DNA from: Planctomycetota bacterium
GTDB lineage: Bacteria; Planctomycetota; B15-G4
Length of the DNA stretch: 64,000 nucleotides
NCBI GenBank assembly: GCA_038212275.1
Contig: JBBQUR010000005.1
Location: 32,001-96,000 of the forward strand
Direction: 5' to 3'
The position numbers and the translations under genes were made by a program. The notes beneath the pieces were generated by a model. It saw only the letters and a program-made list of their open reading frames with translations, was not told the DNA's origin and searched no databases. Shown here piece by piece: positions 30,499-41,928 of this stretch; within the stretch, counting starts at the first letter, position 1, and each line of letters begins with the position of its first letter.

Positions 30499-33276
30499 CT
30501 ATTTCTTCATGGCCGCCTCGGCCTCGCGGCGCCAGCGCATGGCGTCGGAGCGTTCCCAGGCCGCGGGGTTGCCGCCGGTCTGCGCGTTCCACTCGACCAT
30601 GCCGCGGTCGAAGTAATCGCGCGCCTCGTTGCCGCGGCCGAGGTGGCTGTAGATCAGCGAGCGCATGAAGTCGAAGCAGTTCGGCGTGAGGATCAACGCG
30701 TCGGTGCTCCTGAAATGCCCCTCGACGGCGGCAAGCGCGCCGGGCCAGTCCTCCATGCGGATACGCGCCACCATCTCCACCAGCCAGTTCCAGTCGCTCA
30801 GGTCCGCCACGGCCGAGCGCTCCTTGAGCACGCGCAGCACGAATTCCGGATCGCGCTGCGCCGGATCCGGGTGATCGACGAGCGGGTAGAGATACGTGAC
30901 GATGGCGAGCGGCCTGTTTTCGTCGGCGAGCGCGCGCTCCATGTCGTCCTTGCCGGCCTTCCCGTTCAGGTAGCGGATCGCGAGCAGGTCCGGAGACCAG
31001 TCGGGGTTGTCCTTGAGCTGCATCGCATGTTCGATGTTCGCCAGCGCGCCCGGGTAGTCGCCGAGCTGGAGCTGCACCAGGCTCAGGTTGTAGGGGGGAT
31101 CCGCCCATTTCTCATCCGAGGACATGCAGGCGCGATACGCACCCTCGACATCCGTCATCCTGCCGAGCGACCACAGAGACTCCGCGATCACGAAGAGCGT
31201 GCGCGGGACATCGGGCCGCAGGCTGAGCGCCGCCATGCGGCAGGCGAGCGCGGCCTGGTAGCGGCCAGCCAGCTGGTAGATGTTCCCGCCGATCGACTGC
31301 AGCACGTAGTCGCCCGGGTAGAGGTACTGCGCCTGGTCGTACATGCGGTAGACGTCGGGGCGGTGCTCCGGGAAGCGTGTCCACAGCGTCGTGCTCAGCA
31401 CCCAGATGGAGCCCGGCGCAAGCTTGGCGAGATTTGCGGGTGACGACAGCTCGAGCAGCGTCGGCAGGTCGTTGTCGAAGATCGCCTGGCGGAGGCGCAG
31501 ACGTTCGGGGTTCGGGTCGAGGTCCATCGCGAGGTAGAGCAGGTTTTCGGCCTCGGGGGACTTGGAGCCGAAGACCTTTCGGCGCACGCGGCCCCAGTCG
31601 TCCAGCGCGAGCGCGACCTCCTCGGCGATGTCGCGATCGCGGATGCGCTTGAGCGCGGGCAGCAGGTCGTCGCCCTCGAGCTCGACGCCATAGTCGTGAA
31701 AGGCCTGTGCAAAGGCTGCATCGAGCTCGGCTTCGCGCTTGTCGTCGTTGAGCGCCTCGATCTGCCGGATGCGGAGGTCCACGAGGCGCTGGCGCAGCGT
31801 CTCGTCCTGCGCCTTCAGCGTGCGTTCGCGTTCGACGGCGCCGAGGTCCGCTTCCGCCTGCGCCACGATGTGCCTCGAGCGTTCCAGCAGCGCGGCGTCG
31901 GCGCCGCCCGCCTCGGCCAGCGACAGGGCGCGCTGCGCGGAGGTGAGAGCCTCCTCCGGCTTGCCCGTCTGGCTGAAGGCGATCGACTCGCTGTGCGCGG
32001 CATCGACGGCTGCCTCCAACTGCGCGGCGCGCTCCTCGCGGTCGCGGGCCACCAGAAACCAGGCGCCGCCGCCGACGGCCAGTGCCGCGAGCACCGTGCC
32101 GGCCAGCGCGACGGTGAGCCGCCGTGCGCGACGCTCCTCGGCGGCCTTGATGCGCGACTCCGCCGCCGAGAGTTCTGCCTTCTGTGCGCGGGCCTCCACC
32201 GACGTGAGGAAGGCGTGCACCCGCCCGGCGACCTCGTCGGCATTGGCGAGTCGCGTGGCGCGCGCGGGTGTCAGGCACTCGCTGCACAACAGCTTGAGCG
32301 CGGCATCGGCCTCGCAGGCCTCGATGCGTGCGCGGGCCGGATCGAGGCGTGCGCGCGCAGCCTGCATCACGATGGACTCGCCCTCGATCTGCTGGTACGG
32401 CGGATGCCCGGTGAGGATCTCGCACAGGATCGCGCCCAGCGAGAACACGTCGGCGCGCTCGTCGAGACTCTCCACCTCGCCCTGCGCCTGCTCGGGCGCC
32501 ATGTAGGCGGGCGTGCCCATCACCGCGCCCGACAGCGAGTCCGAACCCGAGGAGCCGGGACCGCTGCGCACGGTCTCGATGACGGTGAGCATGCTTGCGC
32601 TCTGCTGCGCGCGCTTCTCGTCCGCGATGCCGCCGCGGTGCAGCACCTTGGCCAGGCCCCAGTCCACGACCTGCACCTCGCCGAAGGCGCCGACCATGAT
32701 GTTGGCCGGCTTGAGGTCGCGGTGCAGCACGCCCTTGCTGTGTGCATACGCCATCGTCTGGCAGACGGACTCGAAGATCTGCAGCAGCCGGCCGCGATCG
32801 TCGGCCGGCGACTTGCGCTGCTGCATCAGCGCCGCGAGCGTGCGGCCCTTGACCAGCTTCATCGTGAAGTAGGGGCGATCGTCGGCCATGAGGCCCAGCT
32901 CGTACACGGGCACGATGCCCGGGTGCTGCAGCTGGCCGCCGATCTGCGCCTCCTCGATGAAGCGCTGCACGACCTCCGGGCGCTTCGCGAGATCCGCGGC
33001 GAGCACCTTCACGGCGACGTCGCGACCGAGGTCCGTGTCGTGGCCCTTGAGGATGACGCCCATGCCGCCGCGCGCGATCTCGCCCAGCAGCTGGTAGTTG
33101 CCGCGCCCCTGCGGCATGAGCTTCGTCGCCGCGGAACCGGGGTCGACCAGGGGCGAGCCGCCGTGCTCGGAACCGGAGTCGGGCAGCAGCACCTTGGGGG
33201 CGGCGCCTGTCTTGCTTGTCATCCACTCGAGCACGGTGACGTGGGGCTGGGGTTCGTCGGGCGGGAGTTGCGGCAC
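30499..33276 (-). CDS. membrane Ser/Thr protein kinase with TPR repeats (paralog of 24443-27385)
   Basis: Same kinase motifs ([21 protein letters not shown]), TM helix and TPRs. Confidence 0.93.
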   Translation of the reverse strand: MPQLPPDEPQPHVTVLEWMTSKTGAAPKVLLPDSGSEHGGSPLVDPGSAATKLMPQGRGNYQLLGEIARGGMGVILKGHDTDLGRDVAVKVLAADLAKRPEVVQRFIEEAQIGGQLQHPGIVPVYELGLMADDRPYFTMKLVKGRTLAALMQQRKSPADDRGRLLQIFESVCQTMAYAHSKGVLHRDLKPANIMVGAFGEVQVVDWGLAKVLHRGGIADEKRAQQSASMLTVIETVRSGPGSSGSDSLSGAVMGTPAYMAPEQAQGEVESLDERADVFSLGAILCEILTGHPPYQQIEGESIVMQAARARLDPARARIEACEADAALKLLCSECLTPARATRLANADEVAGRVHAFLTSVEARAQKAELSAAESRIKAAEERRARRLTVALAGTVLAALAVGGGAWFLVARDREERAAQLEAAVDAAHSESIAFSQTGKPEEALTSAQRALSLAEAGGADAALLERSRHIVAQAEADLGAVERERTLKAQDETLRQRLVDLRIRQIEALNDDKREAELDAAFAQAFHDYGVELEGDDLLPALKRIRDRDIAEEVALALDDWGRVRRKVFGSKSPEAENLLYLAMDLDPNPERLRLRQAIFDNDLPTLLELSSPANLAKLAPGSIWVLSTTLWTRFPEHRPDVYRMYDQAQYLYPGDYVLQSIGGNIYQLAGRYQAALACRMAALSLRPDVPRTLFVIAESLWSLGRMTDVEGAYRACMSSDEKWADPPYNLSLVQLQLGDYPGALANIEHAMQLKDNPDWSPDLLAIRYLNGKAGKDDMERALADENRPLAIVTYLYPLVDHPDPAQRDPEFVLRVLKERSAVADLSDWNWLVEMVARIRMEDWPGALAAVEGHFRSTDALILTPNCFDFMRSLIYSHLGRGNEARDYFDRGMVEWNAQTGGNPAAWERSDAMRWRREAEAAMKK

Positions 33277-33359
33277 AGGCGTGACTCGCGTCGGGAGGAG
33301 ATCTATCGGCGGGCCGCGGAGTGTATGCCATGCCGGCCGCCCGGGAGCCCTGAGCCGTC

Positions 33360-34226
33360 GTGAAGCACAATCACCGCAGATACGGCAGCGAGGTCGTCTC
33401 GATGGGCAGCTACACCTGCGGGGGCGGTGCCCTCGCCGCAGGGCCCGAGCAGTCGTCGCAGCACACGGTGGTCAGCATCACGCGGCGCGGCACCTACGGC
33501 CTGCATCGCGATGGGGAGTTCGCGCTGGCCGACCACACCTCCGCCGTGCTCTTCAACCACGGCGACGTCTACCGCACGAGCCACCCTGATGGCTGCGGCG
33601 ACAGCGCCTTCTACGTCTCCTTCCGGCGCGACGTCGTCGTCGACGTGCTCGCGCGGCACGATGCCCGAGTTGCCGATCATCCCGAGCGGCCCTTCCGCCA
33701 GCTCTCCGTGCCGATGAGTCCGCGCGCCACGCTGCTGGCGGCGGGGCTGTTCCGCGACCTCCGGAACTTCCAGGGGCGCGCCGATGCCGCGACCGAGGGG
33801 CGCCTGCAGTTCGACGAGCGTGCCCTGCACTGGCTCGACGCGCTCTTCGCGTCCGCGCCGGTGCCGCGTCCGTCCCGGCCGCCGCGACACGCGCCGACGC
33901 GCGCTCACCGCGAGCTCGCCGACGATGCCCGCCGCCTGCTCGCGATGCACTGCACGGAGCCGCTCGGCCTCGCTGATCTCGGCGCAGCCCTCGGCGTGTC
34001 TCCCTTTCACCTCTGTCGCGTCTTCCGCCGCGTGACGGGCTCCACGCTGCATCGCCAGCTCGAGGAGCACCGTCTCGCCGCGGCGCTCGATGCCGTGAGC
34101 GACCCGTCGCGTGACCTCTCGCGCATCGCCCTGGAGTGCGGCTACTCCAGCCACAGCCATTTCACGGCGCGCTTCCGCCAGGTGTTCGGGCTGACGCCCT
34201 CGCAGTTCCGCCGCGCACGATTCTGA
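33360..34226 (+). CDS. AraC-family transcriptional regulator
   Basis: [24 protein letters not shown] and [29 protein letters not shown] double HTH. Confidence 0.92.
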   Translation: MKHNHRRYGSEVVSMGSYTCGGGALAAGPEQSSQHTVVSITRRGTYGLHRDGEFALADHTSAVLFNHGDVYRTSHPDGCGDSAFYVSFRRDVVVDVLARHDARVADHPERPFRQLSVPMSPRATLLAAGLFRDLRNFQGRADAATEGRLQFDERALHWLDALFASAPVPRPSRPPRHAPTRAHRELADDARRLLAMHCTEPLGLADLGAALGVSPFHLCRVFRRVTGSTLHRQLEEHRLAAALDAVSDPSRDLSRIALECGYSSHSHFTARFRQVFGLTPSQFRRARF

Positions 34227-34287
34227 CAGCGCGGCGCGGGAAGAGGCGCCATGCTGGCGGCTCCGCCTCCGATCTCCCGGATCTGCC

Positions 34288-35490
34288 ATGCGCCACCTGC
34301 TGCTGTCGTGTCTCGCTTTCGCCGCGGCCTCGGTCGCCGTGCACGCCCAGTCCGGTCTGCTCGTGTCCGGGTACGGAAGTCAGGCGGTGCATCGTTTCGA
34401 GGAAGGCAGCGGCGCTCCGCTCGGCGTCGTCGCTGCGGCGCCGGGCGCGCAGTCCCTGCGCTACGGGCCGGACGGTTTCCTCTATGCCTGTGCGGAGGAA
34501 GCCGACCGCGTGCTGAAGCTCGACGGCACGACGGGCGCCTTCGTCGTGAACTTCGTGTGGGACGACCCGGCCACGCCCGAGGATGAATCGGGCGGTCTCG
34601 ACGCGCCCACGGCGGCGGTGTTCGGGCCGGACGGCGCGCTGTATGTGGCGTCGTTCAGCCAGAACCGCGTGCTGCGCTACGACGGCGGCAGCGGCGCCTT
34701 CCTCGGCGAGTTCATCGCTCCGGGCAGCGGCGCGATCAACGGGCCGGATGCGGGCATGGCCTTCGGTCCGGACGGCCACCTCTATGTTCCCAGCTTCAAC
34801 AACAACCGCGTGCTGCGTTTCGACGGCGCCACCGGCGCCTTCCTCGACACCTTCGTCACGGCGGCCAAGGGACTGTCGCGCCCGCGCGTGCTGCGCTTCC
34901 GCGGCGACGGCATGCTCTGGGTCACGAGCTGGGGGAACAACCGCCTGCTGCGCTTCGATCTCGACGGCACGCTCGTGAAGACGGTGGCCGCGGGCGTGCT
35001 GCGCCCCACGGGTCTCGTCATCGATGCGGGCAGCGGCGACCTGCTCGTCACCTCCGACTCGGCGGACGACGTGCGCGTGTTCGACGGCGTCACGGGCGCG
35101 GCCAAGGGGACGCTGGTCGCGGCCAACGCGGGCGGCCTCGACGGCGGCACCTTCCTGGAGTACCTGCCGGAGCGCGAGTTCCGCTTCGCGCGGCTTGCGC
35201 CGGGACTCGCCGGCGCGGTCAGCGCGCTCGACCTGCGCGGCGGCACGCCGGACACGCTGGCCTACCTGCTCTACGGCTTCGCCGCGCAGTCGCAGCAGCT
35301 CGGCGCCTGCGGCCAGGCGTGGATCGGCGTGCAGATCAGCGCGGCGCTGCCAGTGCCGCTGGACGGCGAAGGAAGCCTGCACCTCGACGTCGTGCTCCCG
35401 CCGGCGCTCGCCGGCGTCACGCTCTTCCTGCAAGCCATCGACCGACCGACCTGCCGCTCGAGCAACCTGGTGATCCAGACGATCCAGTGA
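34288..35490 (+). CDS. secreted NHL/Vgb-like beta-propeller protein with C-terminal domain
   Basis: Signal peptide; repeated P...FGPDG.LYV.S...NRVLR.DG..GAF units. Confidence 0.85.
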   Translation: MRHLLLSCLAFAAASVAVHAQSGLLVSGYGSQAVHRFEEGSGAPLGVVAAAPGAQSLRYGPDGFLYACAEEADRVLKLDGTTGAFVVNFVWDDPATPEDESGGLDAPTAAVFGPDGALYVASFSQNRVLRYDGGSGAFLGEFIAPGSGAINGPDAGMAFGPDGHLYVPSFNNNRVLRFDGATGAFLDTFVTAAKGLSRPRVLRFRGDGMLWVTSWGNNRLLRFDLDGTLVKTVAAGVLRPTGLVIDAGSGDLLVTSDSADDVRVFDGVTGAAKGTLVAANAGGLDGGTFLEYLPEREFRFARLAPGLAGAVSALDLRGGTPDTLAYLLYGFAAQSQQLGACGQAWIGVQISAALPVPLDGEGSLHLDVVLPPALAGVTLFLQAIDRPTCRSSNLVIQTIQ

Positions 35491-35630
35491 CGGTGGCGTC
35501 GCGCCGGCCGCTCCACGCCGGCGGGGAGCTTGCCGGGCGCACCATGCCCGCGCGATGATGCCGGCGCGATGATGCGGGTGGTCGCGCGAGGCGCGGCCAC
35601 GACGGGATCTCGAGCGGTGGAGCGAGCGTG

Positions 35631-36392
35631 ATGAGCAGCCAGGCCTCGGCACGAACGGACAATTGGCGACCCTCCGAAGCGGACCTCGTGCTCGGACCCG
35701 TCGTCGAGCACGCGCTGCCGGAGGAGCGCGCAGCCTTCCTGACGCGCACCTACACGCACCTGCTCTGCGCCATCCTCGCCTTCGTCGCGCTGGAGTCGCT
35801 GTGGTTCTCGACGCCCGTCGCGGCGTGGGTGCTGCAGACGCTCGGCGCCGGCAGGTACATGTGGCTGCTGTTCATGGCCGCCTTCGTGGGCGTCAGCATG
35901 CTGGCCGACAAGTGGGCCGCATCCACCACGTCGCGCGGCGTGCAGTATGCGGGGCTCGGACTGTTCACGCTGTTCGAGTCCATCCTCTTCCTGCCGCTCA
36001 TCTTCGCGGCGCTGGTCGCCATGACGGGTGAACACGCGGACCCGACCCTGCTGCCTCGTGCGGCCTTCGTGACGGGCGGCCTCTTCGCGGCGCTCACCGG
36101 CGTGGTCTTCATCACGCGACGCGACTTCACCTTCCTGCGTTCGGCGCTCATCTTCGCGGGGTTGGCGGCGTTCGGCCTGATCGTCTGCTCGGTGCTCTTC
36201 CAGTTCGAGCTGGGCACGATCTTCAGCTACGCGATGGTGGGCCTGGCCTGCTGCTGGATCCTGTACGACACCTCGGCGCTGCAGCGGCGCTATCGCACGA
36301 GCCAGCACGTCGCCGCGTCGCTCGCGCTGTTCGCGTCGGTCATGCTGCTGTTCTGGTACGTGCTGCGCATCTTCATCGGTCGGCGTCGCTGA
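35631..36392 (+). CDS. Bax inhibitor-1/YccA family membrane protein
   Basis: RAAFLTRTYTHL, about 7 TM, RRDFTFL, ILYDTS, ASLALFASV. Confidence 0.88.
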   Translation: MSSQASARTDNWRPSEADLVLGPVVEHALPEERAAFLTRTYTHLLCAILAFVALESLWFSTPVAAWVLQTLGAGRYMWLLFMAAFVGVSMLADKWAASTTSRGVQYAGLGLFTLFESILFLPLIFAALVAMTGEHADPTLLPRAAFVTGGLFAALTGVVFITRRDFTFLRSALIFAGLAAFGLIVCSVLFQFELGTIFSYAMVGLACCWILYDTSALQRRYRTSQHVAASLALFASVMLLFWYVLRIFIGRRR

Positions 36393-36434
36393 CCTGGTCG
36401 GAGCGCGCTTCGCAGCGCTCCCGGAAAGGACGTC

Positions 36435-38021
36435 ATGCTCAACTCCGGGCGCCGGATGGCCGCGCTGCTGCTGCTCTGCTCCGTCGCGATGACCGGGCAT
36501 CTCGTCGCACAGCAGAGTGACGGGCCGGGCACAGCTTCGCAGCAACCTGACACAGCGGGCGCGGTGGTGGGGGCGGCGATGGCGGTCGCTTCGGATGAGA
36601 GGGCGGACGCCGTGTCCGCAGTCGTGCCGCCGCCGCTTGATGTGCGCGCCGCCTCGCTCTCGCGGCCGGGCGACGGCTCGCCGGTGTGCGGCCTGGGCAA
36701 GGCCTTCCACGCCGGCCGCCGCGCGGCGTTGCGCGCGAGCCTGCTCGAGCAGAAGCACGGCGCCGGCAGCGGCGAGACCGATGCCGAAAGCCGCGCGGGC
36801 CTGCTCCTCGTCCGCGGGCTGCCCGACACGCGCGACTACGTGAACTTCCGCCAGGACAAGACCTTCTGGTACCTGACCGGCGTCGAGAGTCCCGACGCGG
36901 CGCTGCTCATGGACCTGCAGAGCGGCGTCGAGATGCTCTTCCTCCCGCCGCCCGATGCGCGCAACGAGATGTGGGAGGGCGAGCGCTGGGACATCGGCGA
37001 CACGTGGGTGTCCGACCTCACCGGCTTCCCGATCGTGAAGTCGATCGCGGAGCTGCCCGACGTGCTCGCGGAACTCGCGCCGGATCGAAAGGTGATTCAC
37101 GTGCCGCTGAGTCCGAACCTCGCGCTCTCGGGTTGCGCCGACCGCGCCGGACCCGCCGACGCCCGCCAGCGCAACGATCCGCTGGACGGACGCACGAGTC
37201 GCGAGCGGCGCCTGGCGGAGGTGCTGACCGAACGCTACGGCCTGCTGGTGGAAGATTGCTCGCCCGCGCTCGCCGCGCTGCGTCTCGTGAAGACGGACGA
37301 GGAACTCGACGCGCTGCGCCGTGCCGCGCACGCCGGCGCACTCGGCATGATCGAGGCGATGCGCAGCACGCGCCCGGGCCTGGGCGAGTGGGACCTGCGC
37401 GCGGTGATGGACATGGTCCATCGCCGCGCCGGCGGCGATGGACCGGCGTACGACGCGATCGTCGGCAGCGGACCCAATTCCGTCACGCTGCACTACTGGA
37501 TCGACGGCCGCGTCATGCAGCCGGGCGAGATGATCTGCCTCGACTACGGTCCCGAGGTCGACCACTACACGACCGACATCACGCGCAGCTGGCCGACCGA
37601 TGGCGTCTGGACGCCGCGCATGGCGGAGATGTACGACGCCGTGCTGGCCGCGCAGGCCGCCGGCATCGCCGCGGCGCGCCCGGGCGGCACGGTCATGGAC
37701 GTGGAGCTGGCCTGCAATGCGGTGCTCGCCGCGCGCGGTTTCGGCGGCCTGATGCGCCACGGCAACTGCCATTGGGTGGGGCTCGAAGTGCACGACGTGG
37801 GCGACTACGGCGGCGCGCTGGTGCCGGGCTGCGTGTTCACGATCGAGCCAGGCATCTACGACGCCGAGCGGCACATCGGCATCCGCATCGAGGATGTCAT
37901 TGCGATCACGCCCGAGGGCTGCGAGGTGATCACTGCGCTGGTGCCCAAGGATCGCGCCGCCGTCTCGGCGCTCGTCGCCGCTCCCGGCGTGCTCGACTGG
38001 ATGGACGAAGCCACGCATTGA
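36435..38021 (+). CDS. Xaa-Pro aminopeptidase (M24B) with predicted signal peptide
   Basis: FRQDKTFWYLTG, LRLVKTDEE, TLHY, DYG...DITRS, HWVGLEVHD, TIEPGIY, GIRIED. Confidence 0.9.
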   Translation: MLNSGRRMAALLLLCSVAMTGHLVAQQSDGPGTASQQPDTAGAVVGAAMAVASDERADAVSAVVPPPLDVRAASLSRPGDGSPVCGLGKAFHAGRRAALRASLLEQKHGAGSGETDAESRAGLLLVRGLPDTRDYVNFRQDKTFWYLTGVESPDAALLMDLQSGVEMLFLPPPDARNEMWEGERWDIGDTWVSDLTGFPIVKSIAELPDVLAELAPDRKVIHVPLSPNLALSGCADRAGPADARQRNDPLDGRTSRERRLAEVLTERYGLLVEDCSPALAALRLVKTDEELDALRRAAHAGALGMIEAMRSTRPGLGEWDLRAVMDMVHRRAGGDGPAYDAIVGSGPNSVTLHYWIDGRVMQPGEMICLDYGPEVDHYTTDITRSWPTDGVWTPRMAEMYDAVLAAQAAGIAAARPGGTVMDVELACNAVLAARGFGGLMRHGNCHWVGLEVHDVGDYGGALVPGCVFTIEPGIYDAERHIGIRIEDVIAITPEGCEVITALVPKDRAAVSALVAAPGVLDWMDEATH

Positions 38022-38037
38022 GCGCCGGCCGGCGCGG

Positions 38038-38847
38038 GTGCACGCCATGATGCCGCCCGCCTTCGCCGCCGTGCGCAACGGGCAGGGCGAGCGACTCGAC
38101 GCGGCGTTTCACGCGGCAGTGCCGCGGGCAGCGCTCGAGCCTGCGGACGCGCCGATGTGTGCTCGGTCGGCCGGCCCGTCGACGGCGCCGACGATCGCGC
38201 TGCTCGCGCACGGCGTCACGTCGAACAAGGATCGGCCTTATCTCGTGGAGCTGGCCGACTCGCTGGCGGGCGCGGGCATCGCGGCGTTGCGCTTTTCGTT
38301 CGCGGGCAACGGCGACTCCGAGGGGCGCTTCGAAGACGCGACGCCGAGCAAGGAAGTGGACGATCTCGGCTGCGTGATCGACGCGGCGGTCGCCGCGGGC
38401 CACCAGCGCATCGTCTGCGTGGGACACAGCCTGGGCGGCGCGGTGGGGCTATTGCGCGCGGCGCGTGACCCGCGGATCGGCGCGCTGGTCTCGCTGGCGG
38501 GCATGGTGCATGTCGATCTCTTCATGCAGCGGCACTTCGGCGGGTTGTCGCCGGGACAGCCGATGCTCGGCCGGCCCGGCTGTCCTTGGTCGGTCGCGCT
38601 GGCCGACGACGCCTCACGCCTCGGCTCGCTGTTGCCGCAGGCCTCGCGCATCGCCATTCCCTGGCTGCTGGTGCATGGCTCCGCGGACGATCTCGTGCCG
38701 ATCGCCGACTCCCTCGAGGCCCGGGCAGCCGCCGGCGGCCGCCCGGAGCTGCGCGTTTTCCCCGGAGTCGACCACCGCTTTGCCGGGGCGGGGGCTGCCC
38801 TCTCCGCGGCCGTGACCGGATGGCTCGTCGGGCGCGGATTCTGTTGA
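38038..38847 (+). CDS. alpha/beta hydrolase
   Basis: LAHG, GNGDSEG, GHSLGG nucleophile elbow, HGSADDLVP, DH catalytic triad. Confidence 0.88.
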   Translation: MHAMMPPAFAAVRNGQGERLDAAFHAAVPRAALEPADAPMCARSAGPSTAPTIALLAHGVTSNKDRPYLVELADSLAGAGIAALRFSFAGNGDSEGRFEDATPSKEVDDLGCVIDAAVAAGHQRIVCVGHSLGGAVGLLRAARDPRIGALVSLAGMVHVDLFMQRHFGGLSPGQPMLGRPGCPWSVALADDASRLGSLLPQASRIAIPWLLVHGSADDLVPIADSLEARAAAGGRPELRVFPGVDHRFAGAGAALSAAVTGWLVGRGFC

Positions 38848-38995
38848 ACCACGACCCCCACGGGCTGCCTTTGCGCCGGAGCCGGTGGCGATGGCATCCT
38901 CTTGCGTCGTATTCAGACGCCTCGGTGGCCGGCACGGCCCTCAGGCATCCCACGCGCGGGGGTCCTCCGCGCTCCCCGACGAGGCGACAAGCTCC

Positions 38996-40012
38996 ATGTT
39001 CCACCCCTTCAAGGTCCTCCTTCCGGCGGCCGCCGCCCTCTGCCTTTCAGCCTCCGCGTTTGCGGACGGACCGACGTGGTTCGCAGACTACGACGCCGCG
39101 GCTGCGGAATCCGCGAAGACCGGCAAGGACATGCTGGTGGATTTCACCGGCTCCGACTGGTGTTACTGGTGCAAGAAGCTCGACGCCGAGGTCTATGAGT
39201 TCGAGGCCTTCCAGAAGGGTGTCGAGAACGACTTCATCCTCGTCGCGCTCGACTTCCCGAATGACGAAGAGGTGAAGGCCAAGGTGCCCAACCCCGCGCG
39301 CAACCAGGAGTTGATGGAGCAGAACAGCATCACCGGGTTCCCGACCATCCTGCTCATGAACTCCAAGGGCGAGGTCTACGCGCGCACGGGTTACCAGGAG
39401 GGCGGCCCGGAGAAGTACGTCGAGCATCTCGCCGAGCTGCGCACGAGCGGCAAGCGTGCGCTCGAGCAGGTCGGCACGCTCGTGGCGGCGTTCAATGCCG
39501 CGGAAGGCCCGGCCAAGCTGGAGGCCTGGGACAAGCTGGCCGATCTGGCCGACACGCTCGACGGGCAGTCGCCGTTCGCTGCGCGTCTCGTCGACCCGCT
39601 CAGGCTGGCGTTCACCGTGGACCCGACCAACGAGCAGGGCCGCAAGCTGCGCGCCGTGAAGGCGCTCTTCGCCCTCGACCAGACCGACGACGACGTGCTC
39701 GCGATGGTGACCGAACTCGACCCGACCAATGCGAACGGGCTGCTCGAGCTGTCCGTCGCGTCGCACTTCAGCGGTGTGCGCGATGACGTCGGGGCCAAGG
39801 CGGCCATCGCCGCGCTGACGGAGTTCGAGGCCAAGGCCAAGTTCACCAACACGCAGCTCGCGACGCAGCTCTACTCCAATGTCGCGATGTGGCTGGCCGG
39901 ACCGCTGAAGGATGCGGAGGCCGCCAAGCCCTGGGCTCAGAAGGCTCTGGATCTCAAGCCGGAGGATGAGCAGCTGGTCACGGCGCTCGAGGCGATCGTC
40001 GCCGGCGGCTGA
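38996..40012 (+). CDS. exported thioredoxin-fold protein with helical C-terminal region
   Basis: Signal peptide, DFTGSDWCYWC, LDFP, GFPT, TGY. Confidence 0.88.
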   Translation: MFHPFKVLLPAAAALCLSASAFADGPTWFADYDAAAAESAKTGKDMLVDFTGSDWCYWCKKLDAEVYEFEAFQKGVENDFILVALDFPNDEEVKAKVPNPARNQELMEQNSITGFPTILLMNSKGEVYARTGYQEGGPEKYVEHLAELRTSGKRALEQVGTLVAAFNAAEGPAKLEAWDKLADLADTLDGQSPFAARLVDPLRLAFTVDPTNEQGRKLRAVKALFALDQTDDDVLAMVTELDPTNANGLLELSVASHFSGVRDDVGAKAAIAALTEFEAKAKFTNTQLATQLYSNVAMWLAGPLKDAEAAKPWAQKALDLKPEDEQLVTALEAIVAGG

Positions 40013-40028
40013 GCGACGAGCAAGGTCG

Positions 40029-40074
40029 ACAGCGAGCCCGTCTCCCGCATGCGTGCGAGGGGCGGGCTCGCTGT
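40029..40074 (+). terminator. strong hairpin after the thioredoxin gene
   Basis: acagcgagcccg / cgggctcgctgt perfect 12-bp stem, extendable with G-U pairs. No U tract. Confidence 0.5.
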
Positions 40075-40125
40075 GCATGAGGCGTGCCGCTGCGCCGTCG
40101 GGCGCGGCGGGGCAGGGGAGTGGTC

Positions 40126-40836
40126 ATGCCGATCGGATTCCTCATGGCGCTGGTGCTGGCCCTCGGCATCGGAGCCTTCGTGCTCGGCAAGCGGGCCGAG
40201 CAGCGGCGGCGCGCCGAGTTGACCTCGCTGTGCGAGCGCCGCGGCTGGCGTCTCTCGCCCGCGCACGACGACTCGATGGAGGATCGTTACGCGGAGTTCC
40301 CGAGCCTCGGCCGGGGCGATGACCGCTACGCCTTCAACGTGGTGGAGGGCCCGCTGCCGCCGGGAAAGGACGACGGGGGCGCACGACGCTGCTGCGCCTT
40401 CGACTACCACTACGAGACGTACTCTACCGACAGCAAGGGCCATCGCCAGACGCGGCATCACCACTTCTCCGCGCTCGTGGTCGAGTGCGCGCTGCCGCTG
40501 CAATCGCTCTCCATCCGGCCCGAGACCTTCTTCGATCGGATCGGCGAGTTTTTCGGGGCAGACGACATCGACTTCGAGTCGGCCGAATTCTCGCGCGCCT
40601 TTCACGTGAAGGCCGGAAATCGCAAGTGGGCCTTCGACGTGATCCACCAGGAAACGATGGAATTCCTGCTGGCTGCGCCGCGCTTCATGCTGGAGTTCCG
40701 TCACGGGCGCGTGCTCGTCCGGCGTGAGTCGGTCTGGCAGGTCGCGGATCTCGAGCAGGCGCTCGACGTCGCGTGCGGCGTGCTCGACCGGCTGCCCGGC
40801 TACCTTCTGCGCGAGTGGAGGCAACCCGCCCGATGA
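40126..40836 (+). CDS. membrane-anchored hypothetical protein coupled to LemA
   Basis: N-terminal TM; DIDFESAEFSRAFHV motif; ATGA overlap with lemA. Confidence 0.75.
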   Translation: MPIGFLMALVLALGIGAFVLGKRAEQRRRAELTSLCERRGWRLSPAHDDSMEDRYAEFPSLGRGDDRYAFNVVEGPLPPGKDDGGARRCCAFDYHYETYSTDSKGHRQTRHHHFSALVVECALPLQSLSIRPETFFDRIGEFFGADDIDFESAEFSRAFHVKAGNRKWAFDVIHQETMEFLLAAPRFMLEFRHGRVLVRRESVWQVADLEQALDVACGVLDRLPGYLLREWRQPAR

Positions 40837-41396
40837 TCATCCTGCTCCCGGCCGTCGTGCTGCTGCTGCTGCTGTTCGCGTGGACCATCGGGATCTTCAA
40901 CGGCCTGACGCGCACGCGCAACACCGTGGACGAGTCCTGGGCGGACATCGACACGGAGCTCAAGCGCCGGCACGACCTCGTCCCCAACCTCGTGTCGACG
41001 GTGCGTGGCTACGCGGCGCACGAGCGGGCGACGCTGGAGGCGGTCGTGACGGCGCGGGCTGCGGCTGCCGTCGTGCACCACTCGCCTGCCCAGGCCGCGC
41101 GTGACGAGTCCGCGCTGACCGGGAGCGTGGCGCGACTGCTGGCCGTGAGCGAGCGCTATCCGGAGCTCAAGGCGGACACCCAGTTCCTGGAGCTGCAGCG
41201 CGGGCTGGCGAACACCGAGGACCGCATCCAGCGCAGCCGGCGCTTCTACAACGCCAACGTGCGCGACCTGAACACGCGCATCGAGGTCTTCCCGGGCAAC
41301 CTCGTCGCGGGCGCCTTCAAGTTCGGCAAGCGCGAGTCTTTCGAGTTGCAGGATGCCGGCGAGCGAGCGCTTCCGGCCGTGGACCTGTCGCCTTGA
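40833..41396 (+). CDS. lemA: LemA family protein
   Basis: WADIDTELKRRHDLVPNLV, ERYPELKA, EDRIQRSRRFYN, FPGNLVA. Confidence 0.93.
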   Translation: MIILLPAVVLLLLLFAWTIGIFNGLTRTRNTVDESWADIDTELKRRHDLVPNLVSTVRGYAAHERATLEAVVTARAAAAVVHHSPAQAARDESALTGSVARLLAVSERYPELKADTQFLELQRGLANTEDRIQRSRRFYNANVRDLNTRIEVFPGNLVAGAFKFGKRESFELQDAGERALPAVDLSP

Positions 41397-41451
41397 CAGC
41401 GGCGCGGGCCGTTGGAAGATCACGCGCTCCTCGTCCTCCCGGAGCCTGACC

Positions 41452-41904
41452 ATGGACCGCAACACGCACCTGTCGATGTGGGATGACTTCCACGCCGGCG
41501 AGCTGGGCTGCGTCCCGCTCGAGAAGACACTGGCCCATCTCACGCCCGAGCAGGCGGCGCGGCGCCCGAAGCTCGCCTCGGGCGAGGGGCACTCCATCTG
41601 GCAGATCGTCAACCACCTGATCCTCGTCAGGGAGGTGGCGGTGGCGAAGGCCTCGGGCGGCGCGCCGATCACGGATGCGGAGTTCAAGCGCCGCGACTTC
41701 GAGTTGCCCGCGGACATCAGCCAGGCCGCGTGGACCGCGGCCCTCGGGCGTCTCGGCGCCAGCCAGAAGAACGTCCGGGCCGTCGTGGCCGACGGGCGCA
41801 TGGAGCACGAGCAGTTCCGCAGCATGGTGCCGCACGACAGCTTTCACATCGGCCAGATCGAGATGCTCCGCGGTTTCTTCGGCACCTCGCAGATCTCCTC
41901 CTGA
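41452..41904 (+). CDS. DinB family protein
   Basis: HSIWQIVNHL and HDSFHIGQI metal-binding His motifs. Confidence 0.85.
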   Translation: MDRNTHLSMWDDFHAGELGCVPLEKTLAHLTPEQAARRPKLASGEGHSIWQIVNHLILVREVAVAKASGGAPITDAEFKRRDFELPADISQAAWTAALGRLGASQKNVRAVVADGRMEHEQFRSMVPHDSFHIGQIEMLRGFFGTSQISS

Positions 41905-41928
41905 TCGCGCTGCCCGGACGACGGGCGC

